Assembly (NCBI GenBank): GCA_050633305.1
Contig: JBOEGF010000027.1
Coordinates: 31,403-95,402, forward strand
Origin: Nannocystales bacterium
Lineage (GTDB): Bacteria; Myxococcota_A; Polyangia; Nannocystales; Nannocystaceae
Direction of reading: 5' to 3'
DNA: 64,000 bases
The position numbers and the translations under genes are program-made. Under the pieces are notes generated by a model. It did no database searches, was not told the DNA's origin, and worked only from the letters and a program-made list of their open reading frames with translations. Numbering within the stretch: the stretch's first letter is position 1; each line of letters begins with the position of its first letter. Below, one piece after another: positions 10,193 through 19,569 of the stretch.

Positions 10193-12205
10193 CTACTGTA
10201 GCAGTTCGTCGGCGCGCCGCCGGGCTGCCGCCGCGCCCTCGGTGTCCTCTTTTGCATCGAGCACCGCCGCCAGTCGAATCCAGCCCTTGGCCCGCTCAGG
10301 GCGAAGGGCCACAGCCTGTCGCGCCACCTCTTCCGCTTCCTGAAGCGTCGCCCCATCGCGGGCGAGATACAGCGCGAGGTTCTCCAACGCCGCAGCCCGG
10401 CCCGGCGTCAGCGCGAGCGCGCGACGGGTGGACTCGATCGCCGCAATGCGGTCCCCAAAGCGGTCTTGCAACGCGCCCAAGGCCACCCACGGCCCGGGCA
10501 CGTGCTCGCTGACCTGAGAGGTTACCGCCTGCAAGATCTTCAGCGCCCCCCGAGCGTCTTGGTACACGCGGACCCGGGCCCGCGCGTCGTTGGCCATCGC
10601 CCACGCCAAACGGACGCGGTCTTCGGGCTCGGGGAGCCGAGTGTCCCACCGCTCCAGCGTCTCCTCGATCGATGGCGCAGGTGGCAGCGTGGATTGCAGC
10701 GCGGGTGAAAGCCCGGCAACTCGGATCGGAAGCACGCCGCGGTCCGACCACCACGGCACACCCGCGAAGATCGTGACGGTGGGGGCCTCCATGGCAACCG
10801 CGCTGTTGTGGGCCCCGATCGCGGCCACGATGCGTTCGGCCTCCGTCGTCCCCGACTGCGCGGCGGACCAGACGTCGTGTCCCGGTGAGCCCGGCAACAG
10901 AGCGTCGGGAACCGGTTTGTATAGATGTTGGGCTGGCACCGCGATCACATCCGGACGGGCGCCCTCGACGACCTGCGCAAACAGGAGGCCAGCCGCCAAG
11001 TCGTCGGACTGTGTGAGCACCATCGCGCCGGGGGGAAGCTGTTCCAAGGTGCCGCGGGTCCACGCCGCAGGACCCCAGGAGCGGGTGTTGCCCAGGTCCT
11101 CGGACGTCGTGAGTGCTGCGGGCAGTGTCAGCACGACAAACAGCACTGGCACGACCGCCCACACGGCCCGGCCTCGAGGTTGCACGTGTCGTCGAACCAG
11201 CTCCGCGACCGCAACCGCGAGCAACAGCGCCGTGACCAGCCCCGTCTGGCGCTGCGCGACCCCCATGGGGTTGATCGCGACCGCGTACAACAACTCAATC
11301 CCGACCAGCCCGGCCAAGCCAGCGGCGACACGGGTGTCCCCCGCCGCTGGCTCTGGGCGCCACGCTAGTCCGACGACTGCACACAAGCCAAGCGTCGGCC
11401 CCAACGGTCCGAGGTCTTCGGACAAGCCCGTGAGCACCGCTTCGATGTTGAGCTGCCACATCGCCCACGTGGACGGCCAGATCTGCTCCGCGTACGCGTT
11501 GCGAATCGAGCTCGCCATGAGGTGGTCCCAGAGCGCTTGGAGTGTGTCGGGGTCGCCCCAGTCGGCGACCGGCGCACGGACAGACGCCAACGGAACAGCG
11601 AGGACAACTGCACTCGCAGCCACGACACACAGCGGTGCCCAACGTGCCCACGGGCGGCGACGGCGGAGCGCCACGACCCAGCCGATCATCACCGGGAGCG
11701 CCAACGCCAGCCGGGCATCGCCGAAGCACCAAACCGACCAAACGGCAGCCAGCGTTCCGATCAAACGGCGCCGCGTCCCCGGCTCTTCGGGTCGCAGCGG
11801 CGCAAAACCCCACAGCACGGCGAGCATCAGGGCGCCTTGCAAGGCGTAGATCTCGACCACCCGGGCTTGGCGCGAGAACGTCCAGCTCGCCGCGAGCCAC
11901 ACCGCAGCTCCGACCGCGACCCAGGGGTGAACGCCGCGCTCTCGCAGGAGCCCGACCAAGCCCCCCACCGTCACGCCCGCCAGCAACGAGGACAGCGCGC
12001 CCATCCGAAAACCGATCGAGCCGACCGGCAACGTGCTCGCAGCGCGAAGCAGCAGCGCGTAGCCGGGGGCGCCGGGTGGATGCATCACGCCCAGTTCGAA
12101 CCCCGACGCACCGATCTCGCCCGAATCGAGCCAGAAGTGCGCGGGGGAGGCGAACGCGAGGAACACCACGAACGTCGCCCAGCCGACCGCAAGAGCGAGC
12201 CGCAT
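10193..12205 (-). CDS. DUF2723 / TMEM260-like GT-C membrane glycosyltransferase with C-terminal TPRs
   Basis: DSGEI..LGVMHPPGAPGY and EIYAL motifs, many TM helices, C-terminal TPR-like helices. Confidence 0.75.
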   Translation of the reverse strand: MRLALAVGWATFVVFLAFASPAHFWLDSGEIGASGFELGVMHPPGAPGYALLLRAASTLPVGSIGFRMGALSSLLAGVTVGGLVGLLRERGVHPWVAVGAAVWLAASWTFSRQARVVEIYALQGALMLAVLWGFAPLRPEEPGTRRRLIGTLAAVWSVWCFGDARLALALPVMIGWVVALRRRRPWARWAPLCVVAASAVVLAVPLASVRAPVADWGDPDTLQALWDHLMASSIRNAYAEQIWPSTWAMWQLNIEAVLTGLSEDLGPLGPTLGLCAVVGLAWRPEPAAGDTRVAAGLAGLVGIELLYAVAINPMGVAQRQTGLVTALLLAVAVAELVRRHVQPRGRAVWAVVPVLFVVLTLPAALTTSEDLGNTRSWGPAAWTRGTLEQLPPGAMVLTQSDDLAAGLLFAQVVEGARPDVIAVPAQHLYKPVPDALLPGSPGHDVWSAAQSGTTEAERIVAAIGAHNSAVAMEAPTVTIFAGVPWWSDRGVLPIRVAGLSPALQSTLPPAPSIEETLERWDTRLPEPEDRVRLAWAMANDARARVRVYQDARGALKILQAVTSQVSEHVPGPWVALGALQDRFGDRIAAIESTRRALALTPGRAAALENLALYLARDGATLQEAEEVARQAVALRPERAKGWIRLAAVLDAKEDTEGAAAARRRADELLQ

Positions 12206-12277
12206 CGCCGGATTGTCGAGCACCCAGACGCCTCGGGCAAGCAGTGCGTGCGGCGCAACCCATGATAGCTTCCGCCG

Positions 12278-13279
12278 GTGTCGCTCCACGTTCAGCGCAA
12301 CGCCTCAGCGCTCCCGCCGGGAACGGCCGTGTGCATGGGCGCGTTCGACGGCCTGCACCGCGGGCATCAGGCGCTGATCGACCGGGCCCGGACCCACGCG
12401 CAGCGGGTGGCGCTGGTCACGTTCGACCCCCATCCCACCGCCGTGCTCGCCCCTGAGCGCATGCCCCCGATGCTCCACGCGTCGGTCCAGCGGGAGCGCG
12501 TCGCCGCAGACCTGGGCGTGGGGAACTTGGTCCTGCTTCCGTTCGACCGCGCCATGTCGCGCATGGCCGCAGAGGACTTCGTCCAGGAGTTCTTCGTCGA
12601 GGGCTTGGCACCGGCGGCGATCGTGGTCGGCGCAGACTTCCGCTTCGGGGCTCGTCGCTCGGGCACCGCCGCCAGCCTCAAAGACCAACTCGCCCAACAC
12701 GACATCTTGACCGACGTCGTCGAGTTGGTGTCCGCAGATGCGGGGAAGAAGGTCAGCAGCAGCGACATCCGCCGCGCGCTTCAAAACGGAAACGTCGCGG
12801 CCGCCGGCCAATGGCTGGGTCGGTGGCACGCAGTCGCGGGCACCATCGAGCACGGGGCCAAACGCGGACGCGAGCTCGGTTTTCCAACCGCGAACCTTGC
12901 CCCGCGCAGTGGCGTCGCGGGCGGCATGGTGCCTCCCAAGGGCATCTATGCTTCCGTCTTCACAGTCTGGAGCCCGGATGCGCCCGACTACGGCGCGCGT
13001 TGGCCCGCCGTCACCAGCGTGGGGCACAACCCCACCTTCACCGAAGCCGGTGCTCCGCTGACCGTGGAGACCTACGTGCTGGACCAACAGCTGGGTGAGC
13101 GCCTGTACGGCCTCGAGGTCGAGGTGTCATTCGTGAAGCGCCTTCGGGACGAGCAGAAGTTCGACGGCGCCGAAGCGCTCGTCGCCCAGATGCATCGCGA
13201 TGCCGCCCAAGCTCGGGACACCATCACACCCGACGCCCTCGCCTACACCCTCACGCCACCGACGCAGGCCTCCCCATGA
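12278..13279 (+). CDS. ribF: Bifunctional riboflavin kinase / FAD synthetase
   Basis: GAFDGLHRGH, TFDPHP, VSSSDIR, GRELGFPTAN, LRDEQKF. Confidence 0.95.
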   Translation: MSLHVQRNASALPPGTAVCMGAFDGLHRGHQALIDRARTHAQRVALVTFDPHPTAVLAPERMPPMLHASVQRERVAADLGVGNLVLLPFDRAMSRMAAEDFVQEFFVEGLAPAAIVVGADFRFGARRSGTAASLKDQLAQHDILTDVVELVSADAGKKVSSSDIRRALQNGNVAAAGQWLGRWHAVAGTIEHGAKRGRELGFPTANLAPRSGVAGGMVPPKGIYASVFTVWSPDAPDYGARWPAVTSVGHNPTFTEAGAPLTVETYVLDQQLGERLYGLEVEVSFVKRLRDEQKFDGAEALVAQMHRDAAQARDTITPDALAYTLTPPTQASP

Positions 13280-13737
13280 CTCGCTCCCGCGACCCCATCG
13301 CCAGCACCACGATCGCCCGGCTGTACCTGGCGCAGGGGCACCGCCGAAAAGCGGCGCGCATGCTCGAAACGCTCATCGCTCGCGACAGTGGCGATGGCTC
13401 GGCGCTGCACCTCCGCGAACGCCTCGAGCGAACCGAGATGCCCACGCTCACGGCCGCGGTCGATGAGAACCTCCTCGAGGTCACCTGGGAGGGCGTCCGT
13501 GACGCGCCGCGCCGCCATGTCGTGGTCGTCTCCTATCTAGGCGAGGCCAGCCTCCCGCGGGTCCAGGTCACCTCCGTCACCTGCGAAGAGGCCACCGGGG
13601 AGTGCACATTTGCGCGCCCGCGAGAGCCCGGCAGCGCGGCGATATGCATCGGCTTCGTGAGCTCGGACGGCTTTGTGGCCGAAGCCGTCACCAGTCCGCT
13701 CGTCTGGTCCTCCGAAACCGCCGAATCGCAGGCCTGA
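13276..13737 (+). CDS. Hypothetical protein with N-terminal TPR-like motif
   Basis: TIARLYLAQG motif; ATGA overlap with ribF. Confidence 0.6.
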   Translation: MTRSRDPIASTTIARLYLAQGHRRKAARMLETLIARDSGDGSALHLRERLERTEMPTLTAAVDENLLEVTWEGVRDAPRRHVVVVSYLGEASLPRVQVTSVTCEEATGECTFARPREPGSAAICIGFVSSDGFVAEAVTSPLVWSSETAESQA

Positions 13738-13832
13738 GCGGTCGCGCATTCTGCGTTTGGTTTGGGGCCCTCGTGGGCTGTACCGCAGCACGCCGCGGGG
13801 AGCGTGGAACGGTGCTAGGGTCCGCAGCGACC

Positions 13833-14708
13833 ATGTTGAGCGGAGCATTCACGGCACTGGCCACCCCGTTTCGAGGCGGCGCCCTCGACAAAGACGCGCT
13901 GAAAAAGCTCGTCGAAACCCAGATCGACGGCGGTATCGACGGACTCGTTCCCTGCGGCACCACGGGCGAATCCCCCACCCTCTCCCACGCCGAGCACATC
14001 GAGGTGGTGGAGATCGTCGTCAACGCCGCGGCGGGCCGCGTCCCGATCATCGCGGGCGCCGGATCCAACAACACCACCGAGGCGATCGAGATGGCCACGG
14101 CCTGCAAGAAGCTTGGCGTCGACGCCACCTTGCAGGTGATGCCCTACTACAACAAGCCATCGCAGCAGGGCATGCGCGAGCACATTCTGCGGGTCGTCGA
14201 GGCCTCGGGCGTGCCCGCGGTTCTGTACAACGTGCCCTCGAGGACCGTCGTCGACCTTCAGGCGGAGACCGTCGCGGAGCTGTCCAAGCACGAGCTGGTC
14301 GTCGGCATCAAGGAAGCCACCGGGGACATGACCCGCGCGATCGAGATTCGCGAGCAGTGTGGTCCCGACTTTTCCATGCTCAGCGGCGACGACTTCACGC
14401 TGCTCCCGTTTCTCAGCGTTGGCGGGAACGGGGTCATCTCCGTGGCCAGCAACGTCGTGCCGGGGCTGTACGCACGCCTTTGTAAGGCCGCAAACGAGGG
14501 CCGGCTCGAAGAGGCACGCGAGCTTCAATACAAGCTGCAACCGCTCAACCGCTCGATGTTCTGCGCCAGCAACCCCGGACCGCTCAAGGCAGCCCTCGCC
14601 AAGCTCGGCATCATGTCCGACGAGGTCCGCTCGCCCCTGCTGCCGGTCTCCGAGGGCCCGGCGCATGACCAGGTGATGGACGCCCTGCGCGGATTGGAGT
14701 TGGTCTGA
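13833..14708 (+). CDS. dapA: 4-hydroxy-tetrahydrodipicolinate synthase
   Basis: GTTGES, PYYNKP, LYNVPSRT, GIKEATG, SGDD. Start set at ATG 13833. Confidence 0.96.
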   Translation: MLSGAFTALATPFRGGALDKDALKKLVETQIDGGIDGLVPCGTTGESPTLSHAEHIEVVEIVVNAAAGRVPIIAGAGSNNTTEAIEMATACKKLGVDATLQVMPYYNKPSQQGMREHILRVVEASGVPAVLYNVPSRTVVDLQAETVAELSKHELVVGIKEATGDMTRAIEIREQCGPDFSMLSGDDFTLLPFLSVGGNGVISVASNVVPGLYARLCKAANEGRLEEARELQYKLQPLNRSMFCASNPGPLKAALAKLGIMSDEVRSPLLPVSEGPAHDQVMDALRGLELV

Positions 14709-15520
14709 TGGACGACCGTCTGACTTCCGTCGTCATCGTCGGCGCGCGCGGGCGCATGGGGCAGAGCCTCATGTCCGAGGTGCTGGTCTCCGACTCCATG
14801 ACCCTCGCCGGTGCGGTGGCGCGGCCCGGAGCGCCTGGTTTGCGCGACGATGTCGGCCACCTGATCGGCCGCCGCAGCGTGGGCATCACGCTCAGTGACG
14901 AGCTGGTCCCTGGACGCAACGACGTCGTGGTGGACTTCTCCCTGCCCGAGGCCACCGAGGGCTACCTCGCGCGATGCGTGGAACGGCGGGTCCCCTTGGT
15001 CCTCGGCACCACGGGCCTCACCGAGCAGACCCAGGTGAAGTTGATCGAGGCCTCTCGCGAGATTCCGATCGTGGCCGCCGCCAACTTCTCCGTGGGCGTC
15101 ACCGTCATGATTCACCTCGCTGGCGCCACCGCCAAAGCCTTGGGCGACGACTGGGACGCCGAGATGTTCGAGATTCACCACCGCAACAAGCGAGATGCTC
15201 CCAGTGGCACCGCCCTGCGCGTAGGACAGGCTGTGGCCGAAGCCACAGGGCGCAAGCTCAGCCAGACGATCAAGACCAGCCGCGACCAGGTCGGCCCACG
15301 CAGCCGCGACGAGATCGGCGTCATGGCCCTACGCGGCGGCGATGTCGTCGGCGAGCACACCCTGATGTTCCTCGGCGAGTCCGAACGCATCGAGCTCACC
15401 CACCGCGCGAATGACCGCGCAATCTTCAGCCGCGGCGCACTACGAGCCGCTCGCTGGGTGGGTGGAAAAGGCCCAGGCCTGTACGACATGTTCGACGTCC
15501 TCGATCTCCACGAGGTGTGA
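14708..15520 (+). CDS. dapB: 4-hydroxy-tetrahydrodipicolinate reductase
   Basis: GARGRMG, GTTG, EIHHRNKRDAPSGTA, RGGDVVGEH. Confidence 0.96.
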   Translation: MDDRLTSVVIVGARGRMGQSLMSEVLVSDSMTLAGAVARPGAPGLRDDVGHLIGRRSVGITLSDELVPGRNDVVVDFSLPEATEGYLARCVERRVPLVLGTTGLTEQTQVKLIEASREIPIVAAANFSVGVTVMIHLAGATAKALGDDWDAEMFEIHHRNKRDAPSGTALRVGQAVAEATGRKLSQTIKTSRDQVGPRSRDEIGVMALRGGDVVGEHTLMFLGESERIELTHRANDRAIFSRGALRAARWVGGKGPGLYDMFDVLDLHEV

Positions 15521-15525
15521 GCGGA

Positions 15526-15843
15526 ATGTCGTCGCGAACACTTCCCGGCGACGCCGAGGCCTATCGGCAGACCAAGCTCTTCACAGCCGACACTGTGCCG
15601 CGCAACATCTTGGCGCAGCACAGCACCAAGGCTGGGACGTGGGGACTGATCCACGTCCGGGCGGGGCGACTGCAGTACTTCCTCGAAGGGGACGAGGAGC
15701 CGCTGGCCACGGTCGGGGCCGGAGAGACATTCGTGGTGCTGCCACAAGAGGTGCACTTCGTCCGGCTCTCGGACGATGCGGAGTTCTTGGTGGAGTTTCA
15801 CAAGCGATCGGGTGCCGCCGCACCGGATCACCCGCACCGCTGA
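15526..15843 (+). CDS. DUF1971 (YeaR / TehB-N) cupin domain protein
   Basis: HSTKAGTWG..GRLQY..PQEVHFV..VEFH. Confidence 0.85.
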   Translation: MSSRTLPGDAEAYRQTKLFTADTVPRNILAQHSTKAGTWGLIHVRAGRLQYFLEGDEEPLATVGAGETFVVLPQEVHFVRLSDDAEFLVEFHKRSGAAAPDHPHR

Positions 15844-15999
15844 GCAGGTCGCGCCGGGGACACCCGGGACCGCCCTGGTCGACGGACCGGGATGGACGTC
15901 ACACCTGTCTCATGCGGCACGAAGATGAACGTCACAGGCTGGTCGTCGACGACACCGACGGCGGCAAGGCTGACGCTGGCGAATTCGGGACAACCGCGA

Positions 16000-16016
16000 T
16001 TGGCACGCGACCTGCT
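16000..16016 (+). promoter_or_regulatory. sigma54 -24/-12 promoter
   Basis: TTGGCACGCGACCTGCT (GG-N10-GC), 21 bp before the ATG at 16037. Confidence 0.7.
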
Positions 16017-16036
16017 TCTGAGGTGGTCGTAAACCA

Positions 16037-17188
16037 ATGGCACACCTTCCCGCAACAGAGCACGCCCTTCTCCTCACCTGTCTCGCTGGCCTCCTCGGTA
16101 CGACCGGGTGCGACGCGGATGGGCCCCTCCCCGAAGACTTCGAAGTCGATGACTCGCTGATCGCTGAAGACATTGAAGACTTCGAAGACTTCGAGGACAC
16201 TGACAACACGGAGTCCCCTCAGGGGGCAGCAGACTTCGAGTTTGCCGACGACCCGGTCGCATCCCCTTGGCCCCTGAGCCACAAGGGGAACACCATTGCC
16301 AGCGGAGACCTCGACGCGGATGGCACCCACGAGCTGTACACCGCCTTCTATTCCCCAGTTCATGGCGCCGCCATCTACAGGGGCACCAAGACCTCGCCGA
16401 CCCACACCCGTGTCTACGGCCTGGACTCCAATACCCGGGTGACGCACATGGCCGCGGGCGACGTGAACGGGGATGGCAAGGACGAGCTCTACATCGCGTT
16501 TGAAGAGACCGCGGGGGGCTTCCACTCCAGCCTCTACAAGATGGATGAGCACGGGTCCTTGACCACGGTCTTGGGCAGCGCAAACGTTGGGATCACCGCG
16601 CTGACGGTGGGAGACGCCGACGGAACCTCCGGCGAGGAACTCTACTCAGCCTACGTCGATAGCTACGGCTACGGCTCCATCTACAGAAGCCAGTCCGGGA
16701 GTAGTCGGGGGAGCTGGATCGATGGAGCGAGCAGCACGACGTTCACGGCCCTATCGACCGTGGACTTCACCGGGTCAGGCCCCGAGGAGCTTTGCGTCGC
16801 GTTTCAGGACCAGAACGAGACCGGCATCTATCGGGGCAGCAATCAGTTCTACACATCCCCCGGATCGTACTGGTCCATCAACGCGATGGAGTCAGGCGAC
16901 GTGGACGCAGACGGCGATGAGGAACTCTACATCGCGTTCCACAATGTCGCGGGCCAATCCTCGATCTACCGGTCCGACCTGGGAACGGGCCTCAACAGTT
17001 TGGAGTACGGGCCCTTGACCGTCTGGGACATCGCCAGCATCTTGGTAGCAAACCTCGATGCTGACGCGGCCGAGGAGATCGCGACGAGCTTCAATCATGT
17101 CTCCGGTGTCGCCTCGATGTATCTCTCGGAGACCGGCTCTCTTCCGAGCGCGCGGATCTACGGTCCCAGCTCCATCTGGGAGCTGTAG
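16037..17188 (+). CDS. FG-GAP / VCBS-repeat beta-propeller lipoprotein
   Basis: Lipobox TTGC, acidic linker, six GD(L/V)xxDGxxELYxAF-type repeats. Confidence 0.75.
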   Translation: MAHLPATEHALLLTCLAGLLGTTGCDADGPLPEDFEVDDSLIAEDIEDFEDFEDTDNTESPQGAADFEFADDPVASPWPLSHKGNTIASGDLDADGTHELYTAFYSPVHGAAIYRGTKTSPTHTRVYGLDSNTRVTHMAAGDVNGDGKDELYIAFEETAGGFHSSLYKMDEHGSLTTVLGSANVGITALTVGDADGTSGEELYSAYVDSYGYGSIYRSQSGSSRGSWIDGASSTTFTALSTVDFTGSGPEELCVAFQDQNETGIYRGSNQFYTSPGSYWSINAMESGDVDADGDEELYIAFHNVAGQSSIYRSDLGTGLNSLEYGPLTVWDIASILVANLDADAAEEIATSFNHVSGVASMYLSETGSLPSARIYGPSSIWEL

Positions 17189-17595
17189 CGAACGCGGTCG
17201 GCCAGTGGGGGTGGCCGTTCGGTTGGCTTGGCCGATGCGCGGTCGCTCAGGTCCACTTCGTCTCGCATCGGAACGGCGCGAAGACCAAACGCGCAACTGA
17301 TGTACGTTTGGCCTGGAGTCATTGGGTCGTTGGCCTATGTAGAAGGACGCGGTAGCCGTCGGCCGTCTCTAAGATCCAAAATCGCGGTCCCTCGCCGGAC
17401 TCCCGCGTCCCTTCGTGGCGGTGATTGAACCGCCGCGACGAAGCGGACACGCGCTCGTAGCCGCGCGCAAACCGGCCCAGCACCCGGTTCGGGGGACCGG
17501 AGACTCTACGCTCGGCAACTTGCCTGTGATGTTCTGAGGGCCACAGCGCACGCATTCGCTTGCAATGGACTCCGTCCGATGGCGTGCTGAGGGTC

Positions 17596-18210
17596 ATGCA
17601 CCAAGCGCCCCCTGGATCCGTGAACCCGTACGCTCCCCCGACTGCCGAGGGGCAGTTCATGCCTCCGTCGACGATGGACTTCTACCGAGAAGGCGACGAT
17701 CTCGTGGTTCGCAAGGAGTCCAGCCTGCCGGACATCTGCGTGCGCACGGGCGAGCCGACCGGGGGCCGCATGCAGACAAAGAAGCTGTCATGGATTCCGC
17801 CGTGGACTGTCGTCGTCTTCATCCTGATCCGCCTGGTTGGCCTCATCTGTATGCTGGTGGCTCGAAAGACCGCACATCTGACCTTTGCGCTGAGCGAGCA
17901 GGCTGAAGCCAAGCGAAAGCAGGGGTTGAAGATCGGCTTCGGCGTGGCCGCGGTCGGACTGGTACTGCTGATCGCAGGCATCGCGCTGGACAACGATGCT
18001 GGCGTGGGCGCAGCCCTGCTCGGCGGCGTGGCGCTCTTCGTTGGGCTCATCCTCGCGGCAGTCCTCAACCGCCCCTACCAGATGCGCAAAATGGCGGGCG
18101 ACTACATCTACTTGCGGCTCAAGCCGGTGGCGCTCGAGGCCTTCGAAGCCTATCGCGCCCAGTCCCAAGTGGTGGCGGCCCCGGTGCCGAGCCAGAGCCC
18201 ATTCAGCTGA
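17596..18210 (+). CDS. Hypothetical membrane protein
   Basis: NPYAPP N-terminal motif, LPDICVRTGEP, 3-4 TM helices. Confidence 0.7.
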   Translation: MHQAPPGSVNPYAPPTAEGQFMPPSTMDFYREGDDLVVRKESSLPDICVRTGEPTGGRMQTKKLSWIPPWTVVVFILIRLVGLICMLVARKTAHLTFALSEQAEAKRKQGLKIGFGVAAVGLVLLIAGIALDNDAGVGAALLGGVALFVGLILAAVLNRPYQMRKMAGDYIYLRLKPVALEAFEAYRAQSQVVAAPVPSQSPFS

Positions 18211-18265
18211 GCTCGCTTCCCGGTTAGGGAATGGCCGCGGTGCACGCTCGCGATACCCTGCGTGC

Positions 18266-19045
18266 ATGTCGGCGACCCCGTTTGGACGCATGCTTCGCGA
18301 GTGGCGGGGCCGGCGAGGCCTGTCGCAGCTCGCTTTGGCCACCCAGGCCGAAACAACTCCCAGGCACCTGTCCTTCATCGAGACCGGTCGCTCGCGTCCG
18401 GGTCGGGACCTCGTGCTGCGGCTCGCGGATGCGATGGAGATCCCGGTCCGACATCGCAACGCCTTGCTCGAAGCGGCGGGCTTGGGTCGCGCCTACGCCG
18501 AGCGCGACCTCGAAGAACAAGACCTGCGCCCGTTCGTCGACGCGGTCGAGATGGTTCTACGCAACCACGACCCGTACCCCGGCTGCGCGATGGACGGATA
18601 CGGACAGGTCCGGCGCACGAACGCGGCCTTCGAGCGGCTGTGGCCCGGCGCGCTGGCGATGACCCCCGAGCAGAACATCGACGCATTCTTCGGGCCCGGA
18701 CCCGCCCGCGAGATGCTCGAGAACTGGGCCGAGCTTGCGTGGCGAGATGTCGACATGCGCAAGCAAGAGGCGGTCCGAGTCGGGGATGCTCGCTTGCACG
18801 TGCTGGCGGATCGGGCCGAGCAACACCTCGCCGATACGCCTCGGCCGCGCGCACCCGACCTCACCGCGGCCCCTGTCGTCTGTCCTCGATTTCGGTTCGG
18901 AGACCAGCTCGTCCAGACCTTCAGCACCGTGATGCGGTTTGAACACGCCAACGACGTGTCCCTGCACGAGCTGAAGGTGGAACTCATCTTCCCGGCTGAA
19001 CCCTCGGCTGCGGCGTTCTTTCGGATGTTGGCGCAGCCACACTGA
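18266..19045 (+). CDS. XRE-family HTH regulator with MmyB-like ligand-binding domain
   Basis: LREWRGRRGLSQLALA..RHLSFIETGRSRP, RNALLEAAG, HDPYP, ELKVELIFPA. Confidence 0.9.
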   Translation: MSATPFGRMLREWRGRRGLSQLALATQAETTPRHLSFIETGRSRPGRDLVLRLADAMEIPVRHRNALLEAAGLGRAYAERDLEEQDLRPFVDAVEMVLRNHDPYPGCAMDGYGQVRRTNAAFERLWPGALAMTPEQNIDAFFGPGPAREMLENWAELAWRDVDMRKQEAVRVGDARLHVLADRAEQHLADTPRPRAPDLTAAPVVCPRFRFGDQLVQTFSTVMRFEHANDVSLHELKVELIFPAEPSAAAFFRMLAQPH

Positions 19046-19478
19046 CCCTTGTTGCGAGGTCCTCAAAGGTCTGCGACATCAATCGACCGACCATCATCCG
19101 CAACGCCGGCGTCAGCAGCCTCACCCACGGCCGCAGCACAACCGTACTCGTCACAGTGACCCGGCAGCGTCCCTGCCCGAGAGCTGTAACCTGCCACCGA
19201 CTGCCGCCCGCCTCCATCGGTGAGGCAGGCTCGAGCAACTCGTAGGCCATCACCCGCGCCTCCTCGTCGAACTCGACCAACCGTTCCTTCGCCGCCCCGG
19301 ATCGGACGAGCATCGAAGGCTCGAACTCACAGACTCGAACCGCCCCCACCCCCGCATCACCTTCGAGCCGGGAGGCTCGGATCGAGCGGACCCACCCGAT
19401 GTCCGCAAACCCGTCACCCAGCACCCCCCACACTCGCGCTGCGGAGGCATCCAATTCCACGGACCTCGTCATCTGCAT
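18984..19478 (-). CDS. SRPBCC (polyketide cyclase-like) family protein
   Basis: SVELDASAARVW..GVGAVR..ERLVEFD pattern. Start set at ATG 19478. Confidence 0.8.
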   Translation of the reverse strand: MQMTRSVELDASAARVWGVLGDGFADIGWVRSIRASRLEGDAGVGAVRVCEFEPSMLVRSGAAKERLVEFDEEARVMAYELLEPASPMEAGGSRWQVTALGQGRCRVTVTSTVVLRPWVRLLTPALRMMVGRLMSQTFEDLATRVSVAAPTSERTPQPRVQPGR

Positions 19479-19569
19479 GACTCCGATATGTCGCGCCAAC
19501 GGGCCCGGGGCACTTCCCGCGCAGGGAAGCGCGGCGATTCGGACCCAAAAACTGCGATACGCTGCGGCC

